The notes: generated by a model from the sequence alone, not told the origin. DNA of 64,000 nt from Tubiluchus corallicola (GCA_030141605.1 JAQGDQ010000490.1:32591-96590), one strand, 5' to 3'; shown: positions 10,296 through 23,761, counted from the stretch's first letter. Program-made: numbers and translations.

Positions 10296-13200
10296 CTGAA
10301 AGAAAAACAGTTTTCAGTTATGATTTTCAAACATAAACATAAATAAACAAATTTGTAACTTGCAGGAACAGAAATGTTGGCTTCCAAGCGGCAAGTAGGA
10401 AATAATTAACAATTGTCAAGCAGGTAGATGAACAGGTAGGTAGGTGGGTAGGTAGATAGGTAGGTAGGTAGGTAGGTAGGTAGGTAGGTAGGTAGGTAGG
10501 TAGGTAGATAGATAGGTAGGTAGGTAGGTAGATAGATAGGTAGACATGTAGATTGATAGGTAAGTAGGTAGGTAGGTTGATAGGTAGGCAGGTAGGCAGA
10601 TAGGTAAGTAGCTCGGAAGATAGGAGGTAGATAGATAGATAGGTAGGCAGGTAACTAGACAGGTAGGTAGCTAGGCAGGCAGACGGTAGGTAGGTAGATA
10701 GACAGGTAGGTAGGTAGGTAGGTAGGTAGGTAGGTAGGTAGGTAGATAGATAGGCAGGCAGGTAGGTAGGTAGGTAGGTAGGTAGGTAGGTAGGTAGGTA
10801 GGTAGGTAGGTAGGTAAGTAGGTAGGTAGGCAGGTAGGCAGGTAGGCAGATAGGTAGGTAGGTAGGTAGATAGATAGGCAGACATGTAGATTGATAGGTA
10901 AGTAGGTAGGTAGGTTGATAGGTAGGTAGGTAGGCAGATAGGTAAGTAGGTCGGAAGATAGGAGGTAGATAGATAGATAGGTAGGCAGGTAACTAGACAG
11001 GTAGGTAGCTAGGCAGGCAGACGGTAGGTAGGTAGATAGACAGGTAGGTAGGTAGGTAGGTAGGTAGGTAGGTAGGTAGGTAGATAGATAGGCAGGCAGG
11101 TAGGTAGGTAGGTAGGTAGGTAGGTAGGTAGGTAAGTAGGTAGGTAGGCAGGTAGGCAGGTAGGCAGATAGGTAGGTAGGTAGGTAGATAGATAGGCAGA
11201 CATGTAGATTGATAGGTAAGTAGGTAGGTAGGTTGATAGGTAGGTAGGTAGGCAGATAGGTAAGTAGGTCGGAAGATAGGAGGTAGATAGATAGATAGGT
11301 AGGCAGGTAACTAGACAGGTAGGTAGCTAGGCAGGCAGACAGATAGGTAGGTAGATAGACAGGTAGGTAGGTAGGTAGGTAGGTAGGTAGGTAAGTAGAT
11401 AGATAGGCAGGTAGGTAGGTAGGTAGGTAGGTAGGTAGGTAAGTAGGTAGGTAGGTAGGTAGGTAGGTAGGTAGGTAGGTAGGTAGGTAGGTAGGTAGGT
11501 AGGTAGGCAGGTAGGCATGTAGATAGGTAGGCAGGTAGATGAGTAGTTAGGTAAATAGGCAAGCTCGCATGTAACAAAATAGGTGCAGATAGACAAGTAT
11601 GTTGGCAACAAGATGTTAGGTAGTCAGGCAGGCTAGCTGGTCGGTTGGTTAGTTAGTTGGTGATTGGTTTGGTTTGGTCTATTTTGTCTGGCTGTCGGTT
11701 AGTTGGTTGGTTGACTGTTTAACTGGTTTGTTGCCTGGTTGGTTAGCTACTTGATGGATTGGTTTGGTTTAGTCTGGCTTGACTGGTTGTCGGTTAGTTG
11801 ATTGGTTGGTTGGTTGGTTTATTTATTTGGTTGGTTGGTTGGCTGGTTTTCTGGTTGGTTGATTAATTTGTTGTTTGGATGATGACCTTGTTAGTTTTGC
11901 AGCATGGTAGCACAAATTCACTTAATTTAAAAGTTACACAATCAGAGACGCAGATAATTAGCAAACAATCACCAAGCAGACAATCAGTCATCTACTCAAG
12001 TAACCAAGTAAGCAAGCGGTCATCTAATCAAGCAACCAAGCAAGCAAGAAGTCATCTAATCAACCAACCAAGCAGACAACCAGTCATCTTATCAAGCAAC
12101 CAAGTAAGCAAACAATTTTAGAAAAAACACTAAAAATATGAGGTCATTAGTGAATAGCAAAAAATGTTTGAATCATAGAGCAATCATAACCTTCATCTTG
12201 TGATAACCAGTCAAGTCGATTCATGTTTTTTTTTCTAATTTTCATAGACTACAAACTTCAATTTACATAAAATCTATAAATCTTTAGGCCTACTTACTAA
12301 TTTGTGGGGCGGTCGTATGCACATTTCAACTCTTCAACTGTTCCAGTGGAGATGCCGTTTCTGACCTCAGAATGTATTTCATTGTTTGTGTATCCGTTGC
12401 CAACAATGAACCAAGTAACTAAATTAAGAGCAAGTAAACCTCCTCTCACAAAAGTGCCAATATTGCCGAATTGTAACTGTGGATTTCGATTTGAGTCTGT
12501 TGAACACTTTTTGTTGCACTACCCATTGTATCAACAAACTAGGGTTGTTATATTTGATAAATTAAATGAAATACTTCTGCCCGAAAACCTTAATATAGCT
12601 GCTTTAGGAACTAACGATCTGTTGAAGTTGTTATTATTCGGAAAAGATGAATTTAACTATGTTGCTAACTGTAAAATATTCCAACGCATACATGACTTTA
12701 TATTACGTACTAAACGCTTCCAGTAGTTTCTATCTGATATGAAATGCATCGGTCTTAAATATTCGTACATTAATGTTTTCTATGTAAAATAGCAAATATA
12801 GAAAGCAGGGTGATTTTTCGTATCCTTTAGGGGATATTTGGTTTCATCACTAAACACTTTTTGGCTTTAGTTCCTGTAACTGCAATATGCATAACGACAC
12901 TTGTTTATTGGAAGGTGCTGCCCTCTACGAGCAATGTGGAGAGGAAAGGACTGGAGGAGAACAATGTTGTTTGCGTTCTTATTCACAGCAATGTTTTTTA
13001 TCGTTTTTGTGTTATAGTTAACAACAGCATTTAGTTATTACCAAATTTCTACCTTGAGAAACTTTAAACTTTACAGGCTTTAGTTCCTGTAACTGCAATA
13101 TGCATAACGACACTTGTTTATTGGAAGGTGCTGCCCTCTACGAGCAATGTGGAGAGGAAAGGACTGGAGGAGAACAATGTTGTTTGCATTCTTACTCACA

Positions 13201-16200
13201 GCAATGTTTTTTATCGTTTTTGTGTTATAGTTAACAACAGCATTTAGTTATTACCAAATTTCTACCTTGAGAAACTTTAAACTTTACAGGCTTTAGTTCC
13301 TGTAACTGCAATATGCATAACGACACTTGTTTATTGGAAGGTGCTGCCCTCTACGAGCAATGTGGAGAGGAAAGGACTGGAGGAGAACAATGTTGTTTGC
13401 GTTCTTATTCACAGCAATGTTTTTATCGTTTTTGTGTTATAGTTAACAACAACATTTAGTTATTACCAAATTTCTACCTTGAGAAACTTTAAATCTTGAA
13501 TAAGAGCCAACGATGTAAGATACATGAATTTAAATAATTTAATTAAGTTTACGATCTGTGAAATTTGTAAAAATATTTGACCAATAGGTTGTCTTCTTAT
13601 TTATTAAGCTTCTGTTTATCATTCTATTTATTTTTCCTACTTGTTAAAGTTCTCTTTATTATTCTCTTTAGAATAAACGACTTTGGAACATGAATCAAAT
13701 AGTGAAGGCTTTCTGTGCATAAAAGTTCCTTAGCATCAAACGGTTCTATCCGGTCATTGTACACCTTCTGTTTAAGGGAAAACCGGATGCTTGTGTAAAC
13801 ATTAGTTCAGTATAAAAGATGCTCTAAAACATTGAAAACTACAATAACGTTTTTGGAATCAAAGCTTGGATTAATTAATAATTACCTCGGATACTCAAAT
13901 TTCGTTAAACTTTCAAAGCTACGTGCAGCTCAGTGAATCTATTAACATTGGCAGTGGTGCCTTTTTGTCACGTGCTCGGCGCCGACAAATAGAAGGCGGC
14001 ACCGTGGTAAGCATGACAATGAATTGCAGTATTAGTTTCTGACGTCATATGACGTTGAGCCCATTTTCGTGACATCACCCGTTTAAGCAGTAACACTTAC
14101 GCAAACATGCTTGACGCGCAAGGGAAGATGTCTGCTATTGCACAAACTGTGGTTAGTTTCTGACGTAAGTTTATGATTTGGAAGTGGTGCTGACAATCCA
14201 CTGGCGTAGCAGTGTCTAGTTTTTTTACTGGATTACTGCTGCGTTTACCTGTCTGAAGGCAGATTTCTTTTATTTTAGAATTCTGCCTGCCCAATGTCTA
14301 CAATAGACGTGACGGGCGCACGATGATGATGATGATGACGACGATAATGACGTAAACAATAGCTGTGTTCGGCTGCCGTTAATTAACTTTCTAAGCAAAT
14401 TATTCAGATATAAGAAACAATTGCTAATTTTTATAGGCAAGAAAATGTATTTTTGGATCGTAAATTAAAATGAGACTGAGTCTAAACAATCGTCCGGTCT
14501 TCCTTTAAGAGAATTCTATAGTCCAGAGTATTTGGTCCCATTTTCTATTGAAAGCAAATCTCTATCAGCGCTTCATTTTCTGTGGTAAAGACCATGATGT
14601 AAGTTGGTTGATTTCTTTGTTGTGTTGCTGCCATCTGTTGAGTGTTTTATGAGTCAACGCAGCTGTGTTCCAGTTTATAATTATAGCTGTCACTGTCATA
14701 GCATTTAAATTTTTAACATGCAAAATTTTTTTAGCCAGAATTTAAGAACCATGGAAACTATAAACATGTATTTCACGTAGTCAAAAGTCAAAGCAGTATA
14801 ATATCAAGTTGTGAAGTTTCCACTCTGTTAGTTTAAACACAATTTATTATAGGATTGGATCAGACAGTTTGAACAACATGATTTAGGATCCTCACCACAA
14901 CAGACTTTATACACTATTTACAAAACATTTACAGTAAGAATCGAGTATAACTTCACAAGCTGACAAGTTTTACTACAAGATTACATTAGACATTAGTAAC
15001 ATTTACAGTAAGAATAGACTATAACTACACAAGCTGACAAGTTTTACTACAAGATTACATTAGGCATTAGTAGAAGATGACGGAAAGAAAATATTAATGT
15101 ACGATTATTTAAGACTGATGTATTTTATATCAGATAGAAACTACTGGAAGCGTTTAGTACCTAATATAAAGTCATGTATGCATTGGAATATTTTACAGTT
15201 AGCAACATAGTTAAATTCATCTTTTCCGAATAATAACAACTTCAACAGATCATTAGTTCCTAAGGCAGCTATATTAAGGTTTTCAGGCGGAAGCATTGCA
15301 TTTAGTTTATCAAACATAACAACCCTAGTTTGTTGATACAATGGGCAGTGCAACAAAAAGTGTTCAACAGACTCAAATCGAAATCCACAGTTACAATTCA
15401 GCAATACTGGATGACCGTTATTATCTTTACAGCCTTTAGAGAAAAGGTCATAGTTTAGCTGAGAAAATCCGATTCTCATGCGCGTAAGATGCACTGAAAT
15501 TGGAGGTTTACCAAATGAAAATGTTTCTTACGCAATGAAAAACTTAAATGATATTTGAGCTCTTGTTTGAAGTGTGAAATGGATGTAATTTCACGAATGT
15601 TCTGTGATAAGTTGTTCCACATGTTAATGGTCGATTTATCATGCTGTGAAATTTTCACTTTGTAGGCCAGTTACTTCTATAGTCTAAAATTCGGCATATT
15701 TTTCTGCGCCACCCGGTATAAACATAGTGTCAACGTTTAACGTAATTAATAAATAAGTCACTTACAAGGACCTCTTCCGCTGTAAAACAAATTTTCTACT
15801 GTAATCGTCCTATGATCTTCGATGGTAATGGCGTCGCTGAAAACTTGCTGCGTTCCCTCAAATCGCTGTCCCGCCAATGGCGTGGGAACGGGCGTCGTGA
15901 CGTCATCAAAAATCACGTGACCAAGATTCGAGTTAGCATCCTGCAAGGAGGAATAATAATTCAAAGTATTAACAGTTGACGAAGACGAGTGATTAGCGCT
16001 TATGCTTGTGGGGTGATTTAAAGGAAGACAGGGTAATTTTTCATATACTTCCCCACTTTCCAGATAAAGCCAGATAAAAAGTACACCTTTTAACACAATT
16101 AATACCGCAAAAGCGTTTCTGATAATTAAATAATAGATTAAAAACTTAATTAACGGTGAGCTGCCAAGCGATATAACTTTGAGTGGCAAGATCTTTGGTA

Positions 16201-19200
16201 TTTACATTACAATTTCCTTTTTTCCCTTAAAGGAAGACGGTATGATTGTTAATACATTACCCTCGTTTCAAGTTCGATAAAAAGTATACATTTTAACACA
16301 TTTAATACTGCAAAAGCGTTTCTGGTAATTAAATAATAGATTAAAAACTTAATTAACGACGGGCGAGCCCAACTACTGATGATATCACAAACTAACATAA
16401 TTTTCAACAACAAAAATATTCCGCGCACGTGTTGCACGTGCTTGCAAAAGAGAAAATTGAAGTACAATGCAACTGTAAGATATTGAGTGTGTTGTACTAA
16501 AACTCGTCAAGTTTCAAGATAAAAATTCAAATTTAAAATTTACTGCTGTGCTAGTCATGAAATTTCCAAACGTGTGCAGTACCTCACAAACTTACGCATC
16601 TGAAATGAAAGGTGCAACACCTGTTTTTGATGAATGAGTTTCCGAAATGCAGGCGCTAGTGACCGTCTAACTAGCGAATGGCGAAATGCACGTAACGGCG
16701 AAGAACTAGTGGCGCGAATGCAAAATTGTGTTTGTGTATTAATAATTCTTTTACGTAAGTCATTCTGGAAAGAATACTATGTTTTCTTTCGTTGTTTTAT
16801 AGTGTAAAGTGTTTAGAGCTATAGTTTAAATTTGAATATGGCTTTCCTTAACCACTGTACCAACGTGCATACAAGCATTTCCTATGAAGATTAGTTGAAA
16901 TAAACAATTTAAGTAATTTGCAGTACGTAAATCATTTCTGAACAAACCAACTCTTTGAAGTACAAAACTTTTCTACCAAAAGTAGGTAACTCAGTTATCT
17001 AGGCCAGTGCCCCGTACACAAAAAAGAATCATTATAGATAGAGAGCTTTGATTGTATCTAAAGGGTATCTAAATTGTATTTCAGTGTCAAATTTTGGAAG
17101 ATTTGTCAGATCATCATTGTCATCTTTATCGCCGTCATTGTCACAATATCTCGTCAGAAGTATCATCAATAGAGCTTCACCACCATCATCATCAAAATAA
17201 TTGTCATCGTCATCAACGTCATCATCATCGTTGTCGTCGTCGTCGTCGATGTCATCATCATCATCATCATCGTTGTCGTCACCGCCATCGTCATTGTCAT
17301 CATCGCTATAGTCATCATCATCCTCATCGTCGTCGTCATTGTCATCATCGCTATAGTCATCATCATCATTATCTTCAGGAACAGGAGAATCATTATCATC
17401 ATTGTCTTAGTCGTCATCATCGCCATAACCACCATAATCACTTATAGATTTGCTGAGAGAAAAGTAGAAGAATATATTTTCAACAGTGATAAGCAGCAAG
17501 TTCTAATGAGTTTGAGTGGATGTTGTTGATGGCGACAGTGATAGTGTTGATTTTACCTCTGATTGGTCATCAGTGCACCAAACAGCGAACCACTTGATAT
17601 CCTCTAATTCTTCACTGACCACTAATTCTCCACGTGCATTACTTTGTTGTCCGAGCAAGTCATCTCTGCGCAAATAAACATGTTATTATTTCTGTCATTT
17701 CCATTTGTTTTGTTGTAGTTTTTTTGGTTGCTTGTTTTGTTTTAGCTTTATTCTGTTTTGTTTTGTTTTTGCTTTGTTTTGTTTTGTTTTGTTTTGTTTT
17801 GTTTTGTTTTGTTTTGTTTTGTTTTGTTTTGTTTTGTTTTGTTTTGTTTTGTTTTGTTTTGTTTTGGTTTGGTTTGGTTTGGTTTGGTTTGGTTTGGTTT
17901 GGTTTGGTTTGGTTTGGTTTGGTTTGGTTTTGTTCTGTTTTGCTCTGCTCTGCTCTGCTCTGCTCTGCTCTGCTCTGCTCTGCTCTGCTCTGCTCTGCTC
18001 TGCTCTGCTCTGCTCTGCTCTGCTCTGCTCTTCTCTGCTCTGGTCTGCTCTGCTCTGCTCTGCTCTGTTCTACTCTACTCTACTCTACCCTACCCTACCC
18101 TACCCTACCCTACCCTACCCTACCCTACCCTACCCTACCCTACTCTACTCTACCCTACCCTACCCTACCCTACCCTACCCTACCCTACCCTACCCTACTC
18201 TACCCTACCCTACCCTACCCTACCCTACCCTACCTACCCTACCCTACCCTACCCTACCCTACTCTACCCTCCTCTACTCTACTCTCTCTACCACTCTACT
18301 CCTACTCTACTCTACTCTACTCTACTCCTCTACTCTACTCCTCTACTCTACTCTCTCTCTACTCTACTCTACTCTACTCTACTCTACTCTACTCTACTCT
18401 ACTCTACTCTACTCTACTCTACTCTACTCTACTCTACTCTACTCTACTCTATTCTACTCTACTCCACTCCACTCCACTCCACTCCACTCTACTCTACTCT
18501 ACTCTACTCTACTCTACTCTACTCTACTATGGATTATGAATGAATCTGATTTATTTGTTTTGCAGGTTTTTTTATAGGTGGTCAACAAAACTTAGTGTCG
18601 TAATAAATGGTGGTTTACAGGCACTAAATTCACTTTCTCAAGCCTTACCCTCCTTGCGCCGTACTTGTACCGGGAGAACTAAGATTTGGCTCCCCCTCTT
18701 CAGTACCAACAATAAACACAATTTCTGAAAAAATAAAAACCAGTTATGACAAAAAATGTTGTCAGTTTAAGCTTAAGATGGAGTAAAACTATATCTTGGC
18801 AATTTTAATATTTTGTTCAGCTCAATTATCTTACAGCAAATTGTTCTGTAGCAACCTATTAAAGAAAGAAAGGATGATTTTATACTATCTGATGTACTGA
18901 TATGCTGAAGTAAAACTCCATTATCATGTACAGTAAAACGTACAGCATGTACTTTAACACCAGTAATACAGCAAAAGTGTTTCTGATAATTAAATAATAG
19001 ATTAAAGTCTTAATTAACGGCGGGCGAGCTCAACTATTGATGCATCACAAACGAACATAGAATGAGAACGAGATAGAAACTATGGGAATCGTCTGGCGCA
19101 AAATGTAAAGTCCTGTTCACACACCTTTGGAGTTATTGTACAATTCTACAATACACAACACAATTAAAGTATTCTTTTCTTAAATTTACCATCTCGTTAT

Positions 19201-20230
19201 GCACAACATGCTGCACCTAAACCTACTATTAAAAATTGTTTGTCTGTAACATTTTCGAATTCCCAGCAACAAAAATAACAACAACAAACTATATAAAATA
19301 TATTAGATATTATATTATGTTATATTATATTGTATTGTATTGTATTGTGTTGTGTTGTGTTGTACTGTATTGTATTGTATTGTATTGTATTGTATTGTAT
19401 TGTATTGTATTGTATTGTATTGTATTGTATTGTATTGTATTGTATTGCATTGCATTGCATTGCATTGCATTGCATTGCATTGCATTGCATTGCATTGCAT
19501 TGCATTGCATTGCATTGCATTGCATTGCATTGCATTGCATTATATTATGTCATATCATATCATATCATATCATATCATATCATATCATATCATATCATAT
19601 CATATCATATCATATCATATCATATCATATTAGATATTACATTTACAATGCGTTTCATACGATTTTCTTATTCTGAAGTCAAAAAACACGAGCAACAAAA
19701 TTGTATTTTACATCTTATTCAATACCTACCACGACAATCAGAATTTCCAGGAAAATTAAACTGATTCAACCAGAGAGTGTTTTTGGCAGCAGCATACAAG
19801 GTACCAGACACGCCTTTCTCTGATGACAGTTCTCCTATACGCTGTCCGTATTGTTTTCCATTGAGGAAAGCATCGTCTACAAAACAGAAATTAAAATGTA
19901 TTAATTAAGAGCTTAATTAATTGAATAAGTCCAAACGAGAATATATTTTTCGCAAAAACGCGCAGTCTGTTCCTAAACATGTCAGCTGGTATCGTTTTTC
20001 TGCTGTTTCTCAATGTCTTACTCTGGACATTCCTAGTATGCAGTTTGTAAATCTGGTTTTTCCCCGGACTTCTTATCTGTGGTGTTTTTTACTAGAAAAT
20101 TGATTTCCTAAAAGCACACTTAGCTCACAAAGAACGTCTACACTTACATTCTACTAATAGCATATAGGTGATGGCGATGACGACGACAATGAATATGATG
20201 ATGATGATGACGATGATAATGGTAACGACG

Positions 20231-20261
<31 letters not shown>

Positions 20262-20621
20262 TGATGATGATGACGATGATGAAGATGATGATGATAATGA
20301 TGAAGATGATGATGACGATGATGGCGACGATGACGATGATGATGATAATGATGAATATGATGATCGACGATGATGATGATAATGGTGATGATGATGACGG
20401 TGGTGATGATGATGGTAATAATGTCGATGATGGTGACGATGATGACGGCGATGATGATGGCATGATCATGACGACTTTATTATAATACAGGTACACATAG
20501 GTACAGGTAGTGCATACTCGTTACAAAACGCATATCAGCATGGCTACTTACTGTCCAAGATGACCGCTTCAGTGTTTATCACACACAGCAGCAAGGTTCC
20601 TATCACAGGTAAGGTTTTCAT
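10142..20621 (-). CDS. Secreted two-DM13-domain protein (Skeletor/Knickkopf-related, no DOMON), 283 aa, 7 coding exons
   Basis: complement join(20552-20621,19730-19876,18649-18724,17557-17665,15766-15940,12298-12418,10142-10295). All introns GT-AG with consistent phases, 852 nt total. Signal peptide [19 protein letters not shown]; DM13 motifs YGQRIGEL...[16 protein letters not shown]...NLGHV and DWLSIYC...DFGHV. Confidence 0.88.
10420..11570. repeat. (GGTA)n microsatellite array with ~320-340 bp higher-order units
   Basis: Unique interruptions such as GACATGTAGATTGA and CGGAAGATAGGAGG recur 3 times. Confidence 0.9.
12298..12418 (-). CDS. DM13 gene exon 6
   Basis: [40 protein letters not shown]; tttag / gtaagt. 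Confidence 0.85.
12455..12785 (+). mobile_element. CR1/L2-like LINE 3' fragment
   Basis: [17 protein letters not shown](C)PLY...TKRFQ*, an ORF2 C-terminal CCHC-type motif; same family elsewhere in the window. Confidence 0.8.
12863..13493. repeat. Tandem repeat, 213 bp x3
   Basis: Unit GGCTTTAGTTCCTGTAAC starts at 12863, 13076 and 13289. Confidence 0.92.
13776..14504 (+). mobile_element. Kolobok/T2-like MITE (TTAA flanks)
   Basis: TTAA|GGGAAAACCGGATG ... CGTCCGGTCTTCCT|TTAA; inverted copy at 23762-24295, partial copies at 6106 and 39600. Confidence 0.75.
14829..15720 (-). mobile_element. CR1/L2-like LINE 3' fragment with 3' UTR
   Basis: [26 protein letters not shown] and [15 protein letters not shown]...CNCG...EHFLLHC; frameshifted. 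Confidence 0.82.
15766..15940 (-). CDS. DM13 gene exon 5
   Basis: [13 protein letters not shown]...[26 protein letters not shown]; ttgcag / gtaagt. Confidence 0.88.
16022..16400 (+). mobile_element. Two tandem fragments of a second TTAA-AGGAAGAC repeat family
   Basis: Both begin TTAA|AGGAAGAC; core GCAAAAGCGTTTCTGATAATTAAATAATAGATTAAAAACTTAATTAA recurs near 18970 (+) and 53240-53285 (-). Confidence 0.6.
17110..17440. repeat. (CAT/CGT)n trinucleotide array
   Basis: Direct reading. Confidence 0.9.
17557..17665 (-). CDS. DM13 gene exon 4
   Basis: [36 protein letters not shown]. Confidence 0.85.
17750..18530. repeat. Compound pentanucleotide array
   Basis: TTTTG, TTTGG, TCTGC, TCTAC, CCTAC, TCTAC, TCCAC blocks in series. 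Confidence 0.95.
18649..18724 (-). CDS. DM13 gene exon 3
   Basis: [24 protein letters not shown]; tttcag / gtaagg. Confidence 0.82.
19305..19632. repeat. Compound pentanucleotide array
   Basis: TATTG, CATTG, CATAT blocks. Confidence 0.95.
19730..19876 (-). CDS. DM13 gene exon 2
   Basis: [48 protein letters not shown]; tttgtag acceptor. Confidence 0.85.
20168..20472. repeat. (GAT/GAC)n trinucleotide array
   Basis: Direct reading. Confidence 0.9.
20552..20621 (-). CDS. DM13 gene exon 1 (signal peptide)
   Basis: gccATG...gaca|gtaagt; [23 protein letters not shown]. Confidence 0.8.
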
Positions 20622-20999
20622 GGCTGAAACTGAAACGTACTACCCTAATTGCACACAACTAGTGGTACTTAAAACAGAACAGGGCGAGATGTTTTCGCTG
20701 CATTAGTCAACTAGGCCTAGGTTAACAATAAAAATGACAACCATTGCTTTCTTTGTTTGAAGTAACTAAAGTGCCATTAAACTTTCGTTGTCCTACAGCC
20801 GTCATCAATCACTTAGACTACGGTCATCTTTCGATGCCATGAACGTAAAATTTATGCTGTTCGTGAAGGATAACATTAGTATCTAGGTGATCAGGTAATG
20901 AAGATTTGGCCTGGATTACTACCAGTCCTTCAGATTACGTATGAGGTAGGTACTAACAAGCCTCGAGGCGTCATGTCAGTCAAAACTAGTTCCTTTTCT

Positions 21000-21545
21000 T
21001 TAAAGGCTGTAAAGATAATAACGGTCATCCAATATTGCAGAATTGTAACTGTGGATTTCGATTTGAGTCTGTTGGACACTTTTTGTTGCACTGCCCATTG
21101 CATCAACTAGCTAGGGTAGTTATGTTTGATAAATTAAATGCAATACTTCTGCCCGAAAACCTTAATATAGCTGTCTTAGGAAATAATGATCTGTTGAAGT
21201 TGTTATTATTCGGTAAAGATTAATTTAACTATGTTGCTAACCGTAAAATATTCAAATGCATACATTATATATTAAGAGAGACTGTATATTACGTAGTAAA
21301 CGCTTCCAGTAGTTTCTATCTGACATGAAATGCATCATTCTTAAATATTTGTACATTAATATTTTCTAACCGACATTTCCTACTAATGTCTAATGTAATC
21401 TTGTAGTAAAACTTGTCAGCTTGTGCAGTTATAGTGTATTCTTACTGTAAATAGTGTATAAAGTCTGTTGTGGTGAGGATCCTAAATCATGTTGTTCAAA
21501 CTGTCTGATCCAATCCTATAATAAATTATGTTTAAACTAAAACTA
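21000..21545 (+). mobile_element. CR1/L2-like LINE 3' fragment with 3' UTR
   Basis: Same family as 12455 and 14829; premature TAA near 21221; ends ...CCTATAATAAATTATGTTTAAACTA. Confidence 0.82.
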
Positions 21546-22092
21546 GTTCAGAAAATATTTTGAACTTGACACAAAACTGCCGTTGGCGCTCAGTCAGAGT
21601 GGATGTTCTATTGTTTCGCTGAGAACGCAGAACAGTCAGAATTATAACACAAAAGTGAAACTGTACAACGTAAACAAGTTAATGCGTTGAGATTGATAGC
21701 TGGGTACTCATACAAACGTAAGGCAGGTAGACAAAAATTCAAAGCTTTAAAAACTAACCTGAGAAAAACTTTAAAAATCCCAATCATTGAAGCACACAAA
21801 GAATATTTTACTCTGCGTTTTATATTTAAATACATTAACAACATCAGCAAACCATTTTAGAATAACAAATTTACCTTTTTTCCAAATCCTATCGTTAATT
21901 CATCTTTGCAAGCTAGGTCCTGTTGTGTAAATTGTCTATAGTCAAGTGGATTATGTTTTAAGTTTTGAACAAATAGCTTATTTACCTCCTAACCAGAAAT
22001 ATTATAGTGCCTAAGGTAGGGCACAGACATTTGTGTGTGATCATGTGATAGTCATACGACAAAACATTCGTATGTGTTAACTCAAGGATTAA

Positions 22093-22340
22093 AGGACAAG
22101 AAAAGTGGTGTCTGAAGTAGATTTAAAAAAATCAACTTTAAAAAATTGTGCTACTTTGCAGCAATGTTATGCATATATCGAACTACTGTTAAAGAATTTT
22201 TGCTCGTTTTCATTTTAAATCTCCCGCGATACTGTTGTAACGGCGCCATTTCGTGATGTCATACGCGCACGATGTAAATCAGGCGAGGAAGAGGTAATGT
22301 TAAGTTATGTCCCAAAAAACTTTCTATGCAAATCTAGGTT
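22093..22340 (+). mobile_element. Truncated end of the long-TIR Kolobok-like element family
   Basis: TTAA|AGGACAAGAAAAG..., similar to 54979-55220. Confidence 0.7.
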
Positions 22341-22774
22341 AAACAAATCAAGTCCCTATCAGCATTTAAAGCAAAATTAAAATCATTAATATTAACAAGA
22401 TATGAAATACCATCACACCAGTACGACAACATACACATTCAGAATTCATATATCCACGGCCATATTAACTAAATCATAATTTTTTCATTTTTTGTGCATA
22501 GTTGTAAATATGTTTGATTTTATTCGTCGTTACTTTCCGTTACTGCACAGTAGTTTAGATTGCACTGAGGCATTTGCCTTTAGCAGTGTAAGTTTCTATT
22601 AACTAACACTGATTGATCATCAACTGTAAAGTTTTTATCAGTGATTATCAATGTATTTTAATGGCAAATGAAGTTATCATAGCTAAAACACCACAAGTTT
22701 ATTGAAGTTTTTCATTCACATAGTTTAAAAATCATGTAATCAATGGAAAAAAATCATTTTTCAAATGCGTGTAA

Positions 22775-23534
22775 TATAGGTTTTACATGTCAAATGTAGA
22801 CCTGCGTTAACTCAAATGTAGATTTGGGTAATTCAAATGTGTCTTGGTAACTCAAACGTAGATTTAGGTAATTCAAATGTGTTAACAATGGTTTTCAAGA
22901 AATCTTAAGCGTTTTTGGTAAGTCAAATGTAGACACATGTCAAGTCAAATGTGACATTGGTATCTCAAATGTGGATAGGTGGTAAAGTTTAAGGAAGTAA
23001 AATTTAATCTTCTTTGATCTTAACTTAATAATTGCTCTGAAGAATGTGAAAATAATAACTTCATAGGTCTACTAATAGTTCACTAATATTCTGTAAAATT
23101 TACATACCCCGGAACTCTTAGAGAAAAAAATACATTCTTAAAATAAACAATGTTTCTTGAGAGAAACTAATTCATTAATGCAGTGCTAATGCATTACTTA
23201 AAAAACTAATTAGTGATTCACTGTTCATTGGGAAGTGGGAACCAATTTATTCTTTTCTACCAACGCTATGGTTTATCAAAGAGTTTAGTTTGAGGATAAA
23301 CAATGCATTTTTCAAAGTTATGAAAGAGGTGATGACTATCTTTGGTTTATCTTTTTGTAATTTTACACTTAGATCAGTTAATTGCCGATTTATTCAAAGT
23401 AATGCTTCTACATTTGACTTACCTAAGTCACATTTGAGTTACCAAAACACATTCGAAATTCCTATGTCTACATTTGACTTACCTAAGTCACATTTGAACT
23501 TTCGTGTGTCTACATTTGACGTGTAAAATCTATA
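22775..23534. mobile_element. Foldback-like element with tandemly sub-repeated inverted arms
   Basis: TATAGGTTTTACATGTCAAATGTAGAC ... GTCTACATTTGACGTGTAAAATCTATA; ~20-bp TCAAATGT subunits on the left, ACATTTGA on the right. Confidence 0.7.
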
Positions 23535-23761
23535 AAAAAATCTTTGTAGAATGATGCTGAAAATAGTCTTTCTACTCGCTAGTAGAACACAATCGATTGG
23601 TCCCAATTAAACTAGGCAGGAAAGCTTCCAGGCATGAGCAGCCTTACGAACATTGTAGAGCCAGATTGGACAAATCCGAATATGACAATAATGTTCGAAG
23701 AGACAGTTTAGACAATCTAGGCATGTCAGAACAAGGCAGGACATGACATTATTTTAATTAA

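Noticed and set aside
17094-20496. His-rich, Met/Asp-rich and Leu/Tyr-rich ORFs
   Set aside because: Translations of intronic microsatellites.
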